DNA of 52,542 nt from an uncultured Gammaproteobacteria bacterium (GTDB taxonomy: Bacteria; Patescibacteriota; Patescibacteriia; JACQRZ01), in the NCBI GenBank assembly GCA_964621085.1, contig CAZUKY010000006.1:1-52542 (forward strand), written 5' to 3'. The notes under the pieces are model-generated. The model was not told where the DNA came from, did not search any database, and saw only the letters and a program-made list of their open reading frames with translations. Below are positions 45,404 to 52,542 of this stretch, in pieces. Numbering within the stretch: position 1 is the first letter of the stretch; each line of letters opens with the position of its first letter. Position numbers and translations under genes: made by a program.

Positions 45404-46057
45404 ATGACCAAGAACAATATGTATCTTATAATCGGAGTCGTTATCGGCATAATAATTGTGGGCGCTATCGTGTTTATGCAGCGGCAGTCGAACGGGAATT
45501 CGGGAACTCCGAACGTTTCAAAGGAGTCAGAGCAGGGCGCTTCGCTCGCCAAAAAGGGTCCGCCGTCCGAGATTGACGCGCGGAAGGCGTATTCTGCCGT
45601 TTTGCGCACGGATAAAGGCGATATCACCATTGAACTGAATGCCGCCGAGACGCCCATTACGGTCAATAACTTCGTTGTGCTTGCCCGTAAACAGTTTTAT
45701 AACGGCACGCCGTTTCATCGGGTTGTGAAGGGTTTCATGATCCAGGGCGGCGATCCGAAGGGCGATGGTACGGGGGGTCCCGGGTATGAGTTTGACAACG
45801 AGCCGTTTACGGGCGAGTACGTTCGCGGCACGGTCGCGATGGCAAATGCCGGCAAGAACACGAACGGCAGCCAGTTTTTCATTATGCACGGCGATGTGCC
45901 GCTTCCCAAAGAGTATGTCATCTTCGGAAAAGTGACGGCTGGTATGGAGGTCGTTGACGCCATTGCGACTGCTGAGGTGGAGCCGAATGAGTTCGGTGAG
46001 AACTCAAAACCGCTCAAGCCCGTAACGGTCACATCGGTCGAGATACGGGAAAAGTAG
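45404..46057 (+). CDS. Peptidyl-prolyl cis-trans isomerase (cyclophilin type), membrane-anchored
   Basis: N-terminal TM helix. FHRVVKGFMIQGGDP, GTVAMANAG.NTNGSQFFI. Confidence 0.92.
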   Translation: MTKNNMYLIIGVVIGIIIVGAIVFMQRQSNGNSGTPNVSKESEQGASLAKKGPPSEIDARKAYSAVLRTDKGDITIELNAAETPITVNNFVVLARKQFYNGTPFHRVVKGFMIQGGDPKGDGTGGPGYEFDNEPFTGEYVRGTVAMANAGKNTNGSQFFIMHGDVPLPKEYVIFGKVTAGMEVVDAIATAEVEPNEFGENSKPLKPVTVTSVEIREK

Positions 46058-46193
46058 CTGGGACGAGAGAGGATTGCAGGACACAAAAGACTTATACACA
46101 GAAAAGTCCTCCTGACGAGTTTTTTTAGGTATATACTAGGTGTATGTATGAGGCATACACCACATCCTCGTATCCTTTATTATTTTGATACGT

Positions 46194-46220
46194 GAAAACG
46201 TTGACGCGTTTTCTTTTTTT
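46194..46220 (+). terminator. Terminator-like hairpin 16 nt upstream of the giant gene's ATG
   Basis: GAAAACG-ttgacg-CGTTTTC followed by TTTTTTT. Confidence 0.5.
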
Positions 46221-46235
46221 ATTCAAAGGAACTTT

Positions 46236-49200
46236 ATGAGCACTCGAGCACGGCGTTTTCGTTCGCTCCAAGCGGCGATCTACCACCTTACCATCGCCTC
46301 CATGCTTGCTTGGTCCCTGGGGCCAGCCGGCGTCCATGCCCTCGTGAATTCGGGCGCATTCAGCATTTTTTCTCAAGACCAGACGATCAGCCCGTTGAGC
46401 TCGTCAACGGCTGTCTTGGAGTTTGTTTCGGAACGAACCAGTCAGGATACCATTCATGAGGTCCGAGTGAATGTTAATCCGTCAAACGGTTTTGATCCAA
46501 ATACTGACCTTTCCCCGATCAGGACTGACGAGCAGTCGGGTATCGCGTTATACAAGGATGTTGACGGGGTTGGCGTAGCCGGCGAGTTCGAGGCGACAGA
46601 TACCTTTTTGCCTCTTGGTTCTACCGCTCAACCGCATCGCGTCGGAAAGATCACGCCTACTGGGACGACAACACTTGCGACGCCCGGCGCGCTCAATCTT
46701 TCTGCCGGAGACCTCGTGTTTACAAAAATCGGTTCTGGCGGATCGCTTTCCGTAACAGGTGCAGCGCCGTTTGAAGAATACGCATGGCACATGGTAACGA
46801 CGGGTGGCACCGGCACAACTGCACGGTACGATGGAGCTCCCAATGCCCCCTTATATACGGGCGATCGGATCAGTGCGAGCAACCGTTTGAGTCAGTTCAC
46901 GCCGGACCAGACAGGGGCATTCACTGTGCCGGCAAGCGGCGCAATCACGCAAAACGGCACGTACGCAACGCCCGCACTTGGCGATATCGTCGCGTACACG
47001 GTTGGCGTATCTTCGATGCGCTGGGGTTTGGTGACAAATAGTACCCTGCAAGCGGGAAGTTTTGCGGTCAATGGCCGCGTGCTTGCCGCAGGCACGTACC
47101 GGATCAGCAAGCTGACTGGCGCGTCAAGTACCTATACCGTTCCTTCTTCTGGCTCGGTCACAACCGGTGGAACAGTCAATACATATGCCAACCCGGCACT
47201 CGGCGATATTGTCTTATTTCAGCAAGGGACATCGGTTGCTCGATGGGGAATCGTCACAAACGCGACGTTGGACAATGGGGTGGGCGTTTTTGCCATTAAC
47301 GGCACGCCGCTTCCTCTCGGCAGCTATCAGATTAGCAAATTGACACAGTTTACGCCGCTTGGTGCCTCCACGGATGATAGTGGACTGGCAATCAGCGCGG
47401 GAGATCTTCTGCTTGGCATGATTACGAAAAATCCCCGCAATCCAAAAGTGGATTGGAATGTGGTTACCACGGGGGCGAGCGGCGTTGCATCAAACACGCT
47501 CCGAATCCAGGACGCTACCGAACCCCCCATTTTCGGGCATCATCGGTCCCTTCTTCCAAGTGCAGCTGTTGTGAGACTGACGCCGACACAGACGACGTTG
47601 AATAACACCCCGACCCTTACTGTCGCTGTCGGAGACATTGTTCTGAATTCAAAGACAGCAAGTGTAACCACATATGATACGCGCGCGTCCGAGTGGCAGA
47701 TGGTAACAACAGGCGGAGAAGCGGGAGTATTGAAGCCTGCGCGTATCAATGGATCATCTCTGAGTGATAAGGCGGTGTACAGCACCGGTCCCCTGAGTAT
47801 TTTTAGCCCGACTGCGCGCGCCATTCTTACGGTGCCGGGGGAAGGTACTGTGACCGTGGATAGCGGCGACTATACCGTGCCGGCTGTGGGAGATATCGTA
47901 TTGTATCAGACCGGCAATAATGTTGCGGCAAAATGGGGCATCGTTACGAATGCGACACTGACGAATGGTGCAGGCGTTTTTGCCATCGACGGAAAGCCGC
48001 TTGCCGCCGCGACGTACCATGTCAGCCACGTTGCCGGCCAGTCGAGTGCATTCACTGTCCCAATTTCAGGTGATGTTGTGAAGGGAGGGGGTGTTGATAC
48101 GTACGCGAATCCTACTCTTCACGATCTCGTTTTAGTGCAACGTGGGGCAGAACAGGCTGAATGGGGCATCTTAACGGATACGACGCTGACGAACGGCGCC
48201 GGCCTTTTTTCCGTCAATGGAACGCCATTAGCCCCAGGATCGTACCGTATCAGCAAACTCACGGCATATAATCCGACAACAGCGCTCGTCAGCGATCCCA
48301 ACCTCCTCCTGACGGCCGGTGACGCGTTCTTCGCCCTCACGACCGACTTTCCAAAAAAGCACGCCTACGACTGGAATATCGTATGGACGGGCGCAACCGG
48401 CGTTTCAAGTTCGGCATTGCGGCTGAGCGATATTTACAAGGCATCATCGGCCGCGCGCGCATTGGCAGCGCCGCAATTCGGATCCGTTGCGCAGCTGGTG
48501 CTTCAAACTCCGGACGAGCCGCAGCTGAGTGAGTTTGGCGTCCATATTGACGATAGCTACTATGTCGTAGCGCGTACCGGAGCGACGGCGATGGCAGGAC
48601 GGTCATTTTATATAGGAATGGGATCTGATGCAGTTCTTTTTGACGGACCGCGTTTCATCTCTGGAGACAAAGATGGTGCAAGTGCTGGATTTACCGTTTC
48701 CGGCAATGAGATTGGTGTCCAGTCGATAGCTTCCCAGTCGCAAACGCTCGGAGCAGCGAGTCAGCCGACACCGATTCTCGGCATGAATCTTAACCAAGCC
48801 GGGTCCTTGATGAAGCGAGTGCGTGTTTCCGTCTTGCCTTCAAACGGATTCGTTTTGGGAGACCTTGCCGCACTCGGAGGAGACCAGAGCTCGGGAATAG
48901 CGCTATATCGCGATAACAAGGTTCCCGGACAGGGAACGCAGGGGGTGTTTGATGCCGCAGTTGATATGGTTTTGCCTGCCGGAGTGCAAGCGGTCCAGCA
49001 GCGCTTTGCCAAGCTCACGCTTGGAGGGACGAGGATATCAACGGTTCCAGTGAGCGGCAACTTCCCGACTGAGGACATGAACGTTTCGGTTGGCGATATC
49101 CTGTTTGCAAAAATCGGCCATGCAACCGCCAGCAACCTTGCCGACCAGCGTTACGAGTGGCATCTGGTGAAATCCGCCGGCAACCTGAAAACGGGCGGGG

Positions 49201-52200
49201 GATGGGTCTACGGCCGCGGTTCATTGGGCGATGCAAAATTCACTAACTCATCGCGCGTGACCCGACTCGTTCCGGAATCGACGGGAGAATACGTTATCAA
49301 CGGCACAAGCAACACGATTCCCAGCGCCCTTGCTGTTGGCGATATCGTATTGGCATATCATGAAGATACTGACTCGAGAGCTAACTTGGCGAACATCTCA
49401 GATCGGAAGGATCCGCGCCCGCAATGGGGAATTGTAACAGCATCATTCAGTGGTACTGTTGCTCAGATCAATGGAAAGAACCTACGGGACGGGACGCATC
49501 GGATCAGCAAACTCGGGTCGCTGACAGCTTCGATCACCGTCAACGGTTTGAATGCGATTACCCCTAATGGAACTTACACCACGCCGAGCGTTGGGGATAT
49601 CGTTTTGTATCAAAAAGGGACGGAGGATGTGCGGTGGGGCACCGTGACGGCCTTGGCGCTGGAAAACGGTTCTTTCGCCATTAATGGTCTTCCGCTTGAG
49701 GATGGCACCTGGCGCATCAGCAAGTTGGATAACGCAGACAGTACTTTGTACGGCGCCATGAGCGAGACGGTTGAGAATGGGCAATATGTCATCAATACGG
49801 GCGATGTCGCCTTTGTGAACACCGCGTCGAATCCGATGCGTCCCGTATTTGATTGGCACATGGTGACGACGGGTGGGACCGGCGCAGCATCGGCCGCATT
49901 GCGTCTGGACGATCAGCAAAGTGCCCCCTCGTATACGCAGGTTATCATCATCACTCCCAATGCGCCCGAAATGCTTCCCAACGATGATATTGGCGCAAAT
50001 GCAGGATCAGACTTTTTCCTGGCAGCCAGAACCGCAAACAATCCGGGACACGGCCGCAGCTTTGCGCTGCGCCTTGGCCCGGCAGACGTGGTGCTGACGG
50101 CAAACAGTCCCCGCCACACGCCAAGCGATGTCACTTCTGCAACCCATTCCATCAATAATCCGCCCCTTTCGTTTTCCGGCGGCGGCCCAGGGAACGGCAA
50201 TAGCTCCGTACCGGTCGAAGCACTTATCGATATTACGGCAAACCAAGATCTGAATGGCGCGACGGTCACGACAGCGAACGTGCGGCTTCAGAAGTGCGCC
50301 GGCGCGTCGGATGCGAGCGCCTGTGCAACGCCAGAAGAGGCAAACCTGTGCGCATCGGTCGGATTGCTCAACAATCGAAATATACGTTGCAACCTCGCGG
50401 AAAATACGCGTCTGGAAAAAAATACCACGTATCGGTTTACGGTTGCGACAGGCGTCCAGGGCGCAACAAATGGATCCTCGCTTGCGCAAGACCTTTCGCG
50501 AATCTTCCGCACCGCCTCGATCGATCCGAACGAGACGGGCGGCATCACGACGCCGCTTCGCGTCATGGACTTTTTCCCGCAAGCTGGTGCCTCCAACGTA
50601 CCGCTCAACGTCAAGCTTGTCGCGCTCTTTGAGAAGTTCGGGCCCGAGGGCGATTTGAAGGCCGATGGGAGCGCACAGGCGATCAACAATCTTGCGAATG
50701 TCTCTTTGCGGCTCGTTGCCAATTTCGCTCCGACCGGCGATAACCTACTGACAAACGCCAACCAGCTCGCGTGGAGTTCGCAAGGGCGCTTTCTGGCGGT
50801 AACACCTCCGCAAAACCTTTCCGCGCAGACGCAGTATGATTTCTGCATCAGGGCGGCGCTGCAAAACACCCAAGGACAGGCACTCGGTTCGGATCGATGC
50901 ATCCGTTTTACGACCGGAACGAGCGCAGATACGACTGCTCCCGCTTTGCGCACGACCAATCCAACCTCCCCGGCCGCAGGAGAACAAAACGTCAACCGCT
51001 TTATTGAGCGGATGGAACTTGCATTCAGTGAGGCACTTAACCCTTCTACGGTTACGTCAAATACTGTCCGTCTCTATATCGACAATGGGGCGGATGGCGG
51101 TACGGCAAGCGACGGAATCCGCAACGGCGCAGAACCGACGCTTGGCTCGAACGAGCTCTCGCTCTTCTTCGACCAGCGGCGAATGACGGCAGTCCTTGGT
51201 CCGACAACACCCCTTCTTGCCGCTACGCGCTACTGTTTCGAAGTAACAACGGGTGTGACCGATGTCGTCGGGAACGCGCTCGCTGCCGCGAGCCAGGACA
51301 AATGCTTCACGACCGGCAATCAGACTGACACAATCGCGCCAACAGTGGTCTTTGCGGATGCGAACAACTTTTCGCTTGCCGTTGCTTTTTCGGAAGCCGT
51401 CCGTTTTTCTGATGCTACAACAGGAACGAACTACAGCCTTTCCTGTCCTGTCGGCAATACCGTCAAATTGGACGGCAAACCGATTCAATACATGCCAGAC
51501 AGAAAAGAGGCCATCATAACAAATCTTGGCCTGCCGACAGGTCAGGACTGCGAATTGACGATCTCGGGCATCAAAGATCTTGCAGGGAATACGATGCAGC
51601 AAGCAACATCGGCGTTTAAGGTAAAGGACGCAGCAACCGAGAGTTTCGTCGGCGGCGGCGGGGCTTCGGAGGACTTCCATACAGGAAAGAACTTTGCCGA
51701 GTTCGCGAGAAATCCCGAGTACTGCGGGCCGGCAAACAGGGGTGCGGGCGCGACAACTCCGTTCGGGTGTGAGTTCCCGGCACCCTCAGCGTTGCCGGTC
51801 GGGTCGAGCTTTACACTGCTCTTGCCATCGGGATTCGATGCGTCGGGCGCATCGAAAGACGCATTCATGAGCAAAGATCTGAACGGTCCGAACGGACCGG
51901 GCGAACCCTCGTTTACCGTTACAAGCGCGAGCGGTTCCACGATTGTTTTGACGACAACAGGAGCTGCCATTGCCCAGGGTGAACGGCTCATGTTCAGGTT
52001 GAACGGCATTGTGAATCCGACGACGCCAAAAACCGATCAGCGAGTGAGCGTTGTTATAAAAGATGAGAACGGTAAGACGCAAAAAACCATAAGTACCGCG
52101 CCGTTCAGTATTGATCAGGCTGGAAGCCGAAGTATTGTTGTGAATGTATACAAGGACACGAACGGCAACAAACAGAAGGACGCAAACGAGGGTATTGAGA

Positions 52201-52542
52201 ATGCAAAGGTCTTCTGTGACCAGCGCGGATCATTCGGCGGCGGCGGATTTTCCGGACACCTCGAGGCGACGACGAACAATCAGGGTGTTGCGACATTCGC
52301 GGGCGTCCACGATGGAGAATACGGCTGCGGCCTCCAATATGATCCGACCGCATTTGCCGATCTGCAATCCGAAGGAGATTTTCAGACGGCTTTCGTGAAT
52401 GGACAGAACGCGACGCTGGATATCCGCTTCAAAGACCTTTCGGCGACCGGCCGCAGCCTTGCTGCATCGATCACGAGCTCGGCAGCGCTCTCGAGCGAGA
52501 AGGTTGACGTGTTCTGCCACGCGGGCGGGTTTGGCACCGAGT
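46236..52542 (+). CDS. Giant secreted repeat protein, >2,100 aa, 3' end beyond the window
   Basis: I translated frame 0 from the ATG at 46236 to nt 52542 and found no stop. The nearest upstream in-frame stop is at 46149. From 49873 onward the track's plus-strand ORFs lie only in frames 1 and 2 (46784..47041 is also frame 2), consistent with a stop-less frame-0 ORF. Signal-like N-terminus MSTRARRFRSLQAAIYHLTIASMLAWSLGPAGVHA. Conserved internal repeats hold this frame throughout. Confidence 0.85.
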   Translation, partial: MSTRARRFRSLQAAIYHLTIASMLAWSLGPAGVHALVNSGAFSIFSQDQTISPLSSSTAVLEFVSERTSQDTIHEVRVNVNPSNGFDPNTDLSPIRTDEQSGIALYKDVDGVGVAGEFEATDTFLPLGSTAQPHRVGKITPTGTTTLATPGALNLSAGDLVFTKIGSGGSLSVTGAAPFEEYAWHMVTTGGTGTTARYDGAPNAPLYTGDRISASNRLSQFTPDQTGAFTVPASGAITQNGTYATPALGDIVAYTVGVSSMRWGLVTNSTLQAGSFAVNGRVLAAGTYRISKLTGASSTYTVPSSGSVTTGGTVNTYANPALGDIVLFQQGTSVARWGIVTNATLDNGVGVFAINGTPLPLGSYQISKLTQFTPLGASTDDSGLAISAGDLLLGMITKNPRNPKVDWNVVTTGASGVASNTLRIQDATEPPIFGHHRSLLPSAAVVRLTPTQTTLNNTPTLTVAVGDIVLNSKTASVTTYDTRASEWQMVTTGGEAGVLKPARINGSSLSDKAVYSTGPLSIFSPTARAILTVPGEGTVTVDSGDYTVPAVGDIVLYQTGNNVAAKWGIVTNATLTNGAGVFAIDGKPLAAATYHVSHVAGQSSAFTVPISGDVVKGGGVDTYANPTLHDLVLVQRGAEQAEWGILTDTTLTNGAGLFSVNGTPLAPGSYRISKLTAYNPTTALVSDPNLLLTAGDAFFALTTDFPKKHAYDWNIVWTGATGVSSSALRLSDIYKASSAARALAAPQFGSVAQLVLQTPDEPQLSEFGVHIDDSYYVVARTGATAMAGRSFYIGMGSDAVLFDGPRFISGDKDGASAGFTVSGNEIGVQSIASQSQTLGAASQPTPILGMNLNQAGSLMKRVRVSVLPSNGFVLGDLAALGGDQSSGIALYRDNKVPGQGTQGVFDAAVDMVLPAGVQAVQQRFAKLTLGGTRISTVPVSGNFPTEDMNVSVGDILFAKIGHATASNLADQRYEWHLVKSAGNLKTGGGWVYGRGSLGDAKFTNSSRVTRLVPESTGEYVINGTSNTIPSALAVGDIVLAYHEDTDSRANLANISDRKDPRPQWGIVTASFSGTVAQINGKNLRDGTHRISKLGSLTASITVNGLNAITPNGTYTTPSVGDIVLYQKGTEDVRWGTVTALALENGSFAINGLPLEDGTWRISKLDNADSTLYGAMSETVENGQYVINTGDVAFVNTASNPMRPVFDWHMVTTGGTGAASAALRLDDQQSAPSYTQVIIITPNAPEMLPNDDIGANAGSDFFLAARTANNPGHGRSFALRLGPADVVLTANSPRHTPSDVTSATHSINNPPLSFSGGGPGNGNSSVPVEALIDITANQDLNGATVTTANVRLQKCAGASDASACATPEEANLCASVGLLNNRNIRCNLAENTRLEKNTTYRFTVATGVQGATNGSSLAQDLSRIFRTASIDPNETGGITTPLRVMDFFPQAGASNVPLNVKLVALFEKFGPEGDLKADGSAQAINNLANVSLRLVANFAPTGDNLLTNANQLAWSSQGRFLAVTPPQNLSAQTQYDFCIRAALQNTQGQALGSDRCIRFTTGTSADTTAPALRTTNPTSPAAGEQNVNRFIERMELAFSEALNPSTVTSNTVRLYIDNGADGGTASDGIRNGAEPTLGSNELSLFFDQRRMTAVLGPTTPLLAATRYCFEVTTGVTDVVGNALAAASQDKCFTTGNQTDTIAPTVVFADANNFSLAVAFSEAVRFSDATTGTNYSLSCPVGNTVKLDGKPIQYMPDRKEAIITNLGLPTGQDCELTISGIKDLAGNTMQQATSAFKVKDAATESFVGGGGASEDFHTGKNFAEFARNPEYCGPANRGAGATTPFGCEFPAPSALPVGSSFTLLLPSGFDASGASKDAFMSKDLNGPNGPGEPSFTVTSASGSTIVLTTTGAAIAQGERLMFRLNGIVNPTTPKTDQRVSVVIKDENGKTQKTISTAPFSIDQAGSRSIVVNVYKDTNGNKQKDANEGIENAKVFCDQRGSFGGGGFSGHLEATTNNQGVATFAGVHDGEYGCGLQYDPTAFADLQSEGDFQTAFVNGQNATLDIRFKDLSATGRSLAASITSSAALSSEKVDVFCHAGGFGTE
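46701..47513 (+). repeat. Protein-level super-repeat 1 (units A-B-B-C) of the giant protein
   Basis: A 46701-46820 (GDLVFTKIG...EYAWHMVTTGG). B 46971-47114 and 47193-47342 (GDIVxx...RWGxVTNxTL..G.FAxNG..L..GxYxISKL). C 47394-47513 (GDLLLG...VDWNVVTTGASGVASNTLRIQD). Confidence 0.7.
47622..48431 (+). repeat. Protein-level super-repeat 2 (A-B-B-C)
   Basis: A 47622-47726 (GDIVLNSK...SEWQMVTTGG). B 47880-48032 and 48111-48260. C 48312-48431 (GDAFFAL...YDWNIVWTGATGVSSSALRLSD). Confidence 0.7.
49083..49913 (+). repeat. Protein-level super-repeat 3 (A-B-B-C)
   Basis: A 49083-49199 (GDILFAKIG...YEWHLVKSAG). B 49326-49514 and 49584-49727. C 49794-49913 (GDVAFVN...FDWHMVTTGGTGAASAALRLDD). Confidence 0.7.
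50208..51623 (+). other. Four consecutive SbsA/Big_5-like Ig domains within the giant protein
   Basis: Domain starts at about 50208, 50553, 50928 (DTTAPALRTTNPTSPAAGEQNV...LAFSEALNPSTVTSNTVRLY) and 51327 (DTIAPTVVFADANNFSLAVAFSEAV). Each ends in a ...GNxL/...FTTG-type strand. Confidence 0.55.
52131..52334 (+). other. SdrD-B / Cna-B-like domain within the giant protein
   Basis: SIVVNVYKDTNGNKQKDANEGIENAKVFCDQ...ATTNNQGVATFAGVHDGEYGCGL matches the VxxDxNGNGxxDxxExGxxxVxV...TTxxxGxYxFxxLxxGxY pattern. Confidence 0.55.

Noticed and set aside
47271-47300. Apparent +1 frameshift at a G-run in the giant gene
   Set aside because: It came from my own miscount of a G-run across a line break. Re-indexing against track ORFs 47327..47530, 48119..48340 and 49873..50097 showed the repeats stay in frame 0 with no stop.
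46125-52520. Numerous short minus-strand and off-frame plus-strand ORFs listed by the track across the last 6 kb
   Set aside because: All are R/S/P/A-rich shadow frames of the single frame-0 giant ORF. None shows the conserved repeats that hold frame 0.
1-52542. Search for tRNA, rRNA, CRISPR arrays, IS elements/transposases, integrases and long nucleotide-level repeats
   Set aside because: No cloverleaf-like T-arm motifs in the intergenic regions, no regularly spaced direct repeats, and no DDE, serine or tyrosine recombinase-like ORFs were seen. This was visual inspection only, so short ncRNAs cannot be excluded.

Overview
This is a gene-dense bacterial chromosomal segment with about 60 protein genes. 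I saw no rRNA, tRNA, CRISPR array or transposase.

Left to right, the window contains:
- a 5'-truncated FG-GAP/YkuD L,D-transpeptidase
- a translationally coupled five-gene pilin/pseudopilin operon, including a pseudopilin fused to an LVIVD beta-propeller
- ion-transport and envelope genes (Kef-type antiporter, M15 and M50 peptidases, YibE/F, a Ca-type P-type ATPase)
- a copper island (HMA-TauE-cupredoxin fusion, copZ, csoR with its operator, copA)
- three small stress proteins (DUF2795, DUF3008, KGG) next to an NHEJ pair (ku, ligD)
- rfbB, a DsbA/VKOR pair and a processive GT2
- an autoregulated lexA / Y-family polymerase operon
- a stretch of about 5 kb that looks more AT-rich by eye, holding an AKR, two orphan genes, an HD protein, an M23 peptidase and a decayed ydcF-like pseudogene
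- membrane and secreted orphans, an ABC exporter behind a structured leader, a SET-domain protein, DoxX, a dienelactone-hydrolase-like protein lacking its nucleophile, an ECF sigma factor, dus and a cyclophilin

The last 6.3 kb (46236 to the window end) is one uninterrupted plus-strand reading frame. It is missing from the supplied ORF track only because it has no stop codon inside the window. It encodes a secreted protein of more than 2,100 aa with a nested repeat architecture I do not recognise, followed by Ig-like and Cna-B-like domains. This is my top candidate for something new.

The gene content hints at a small-genome, surface-specialised bacterium (CPR/Patescibacteria-like), but that is inference only. 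All homology calls rest on motif recognition by eye; no searches were run.
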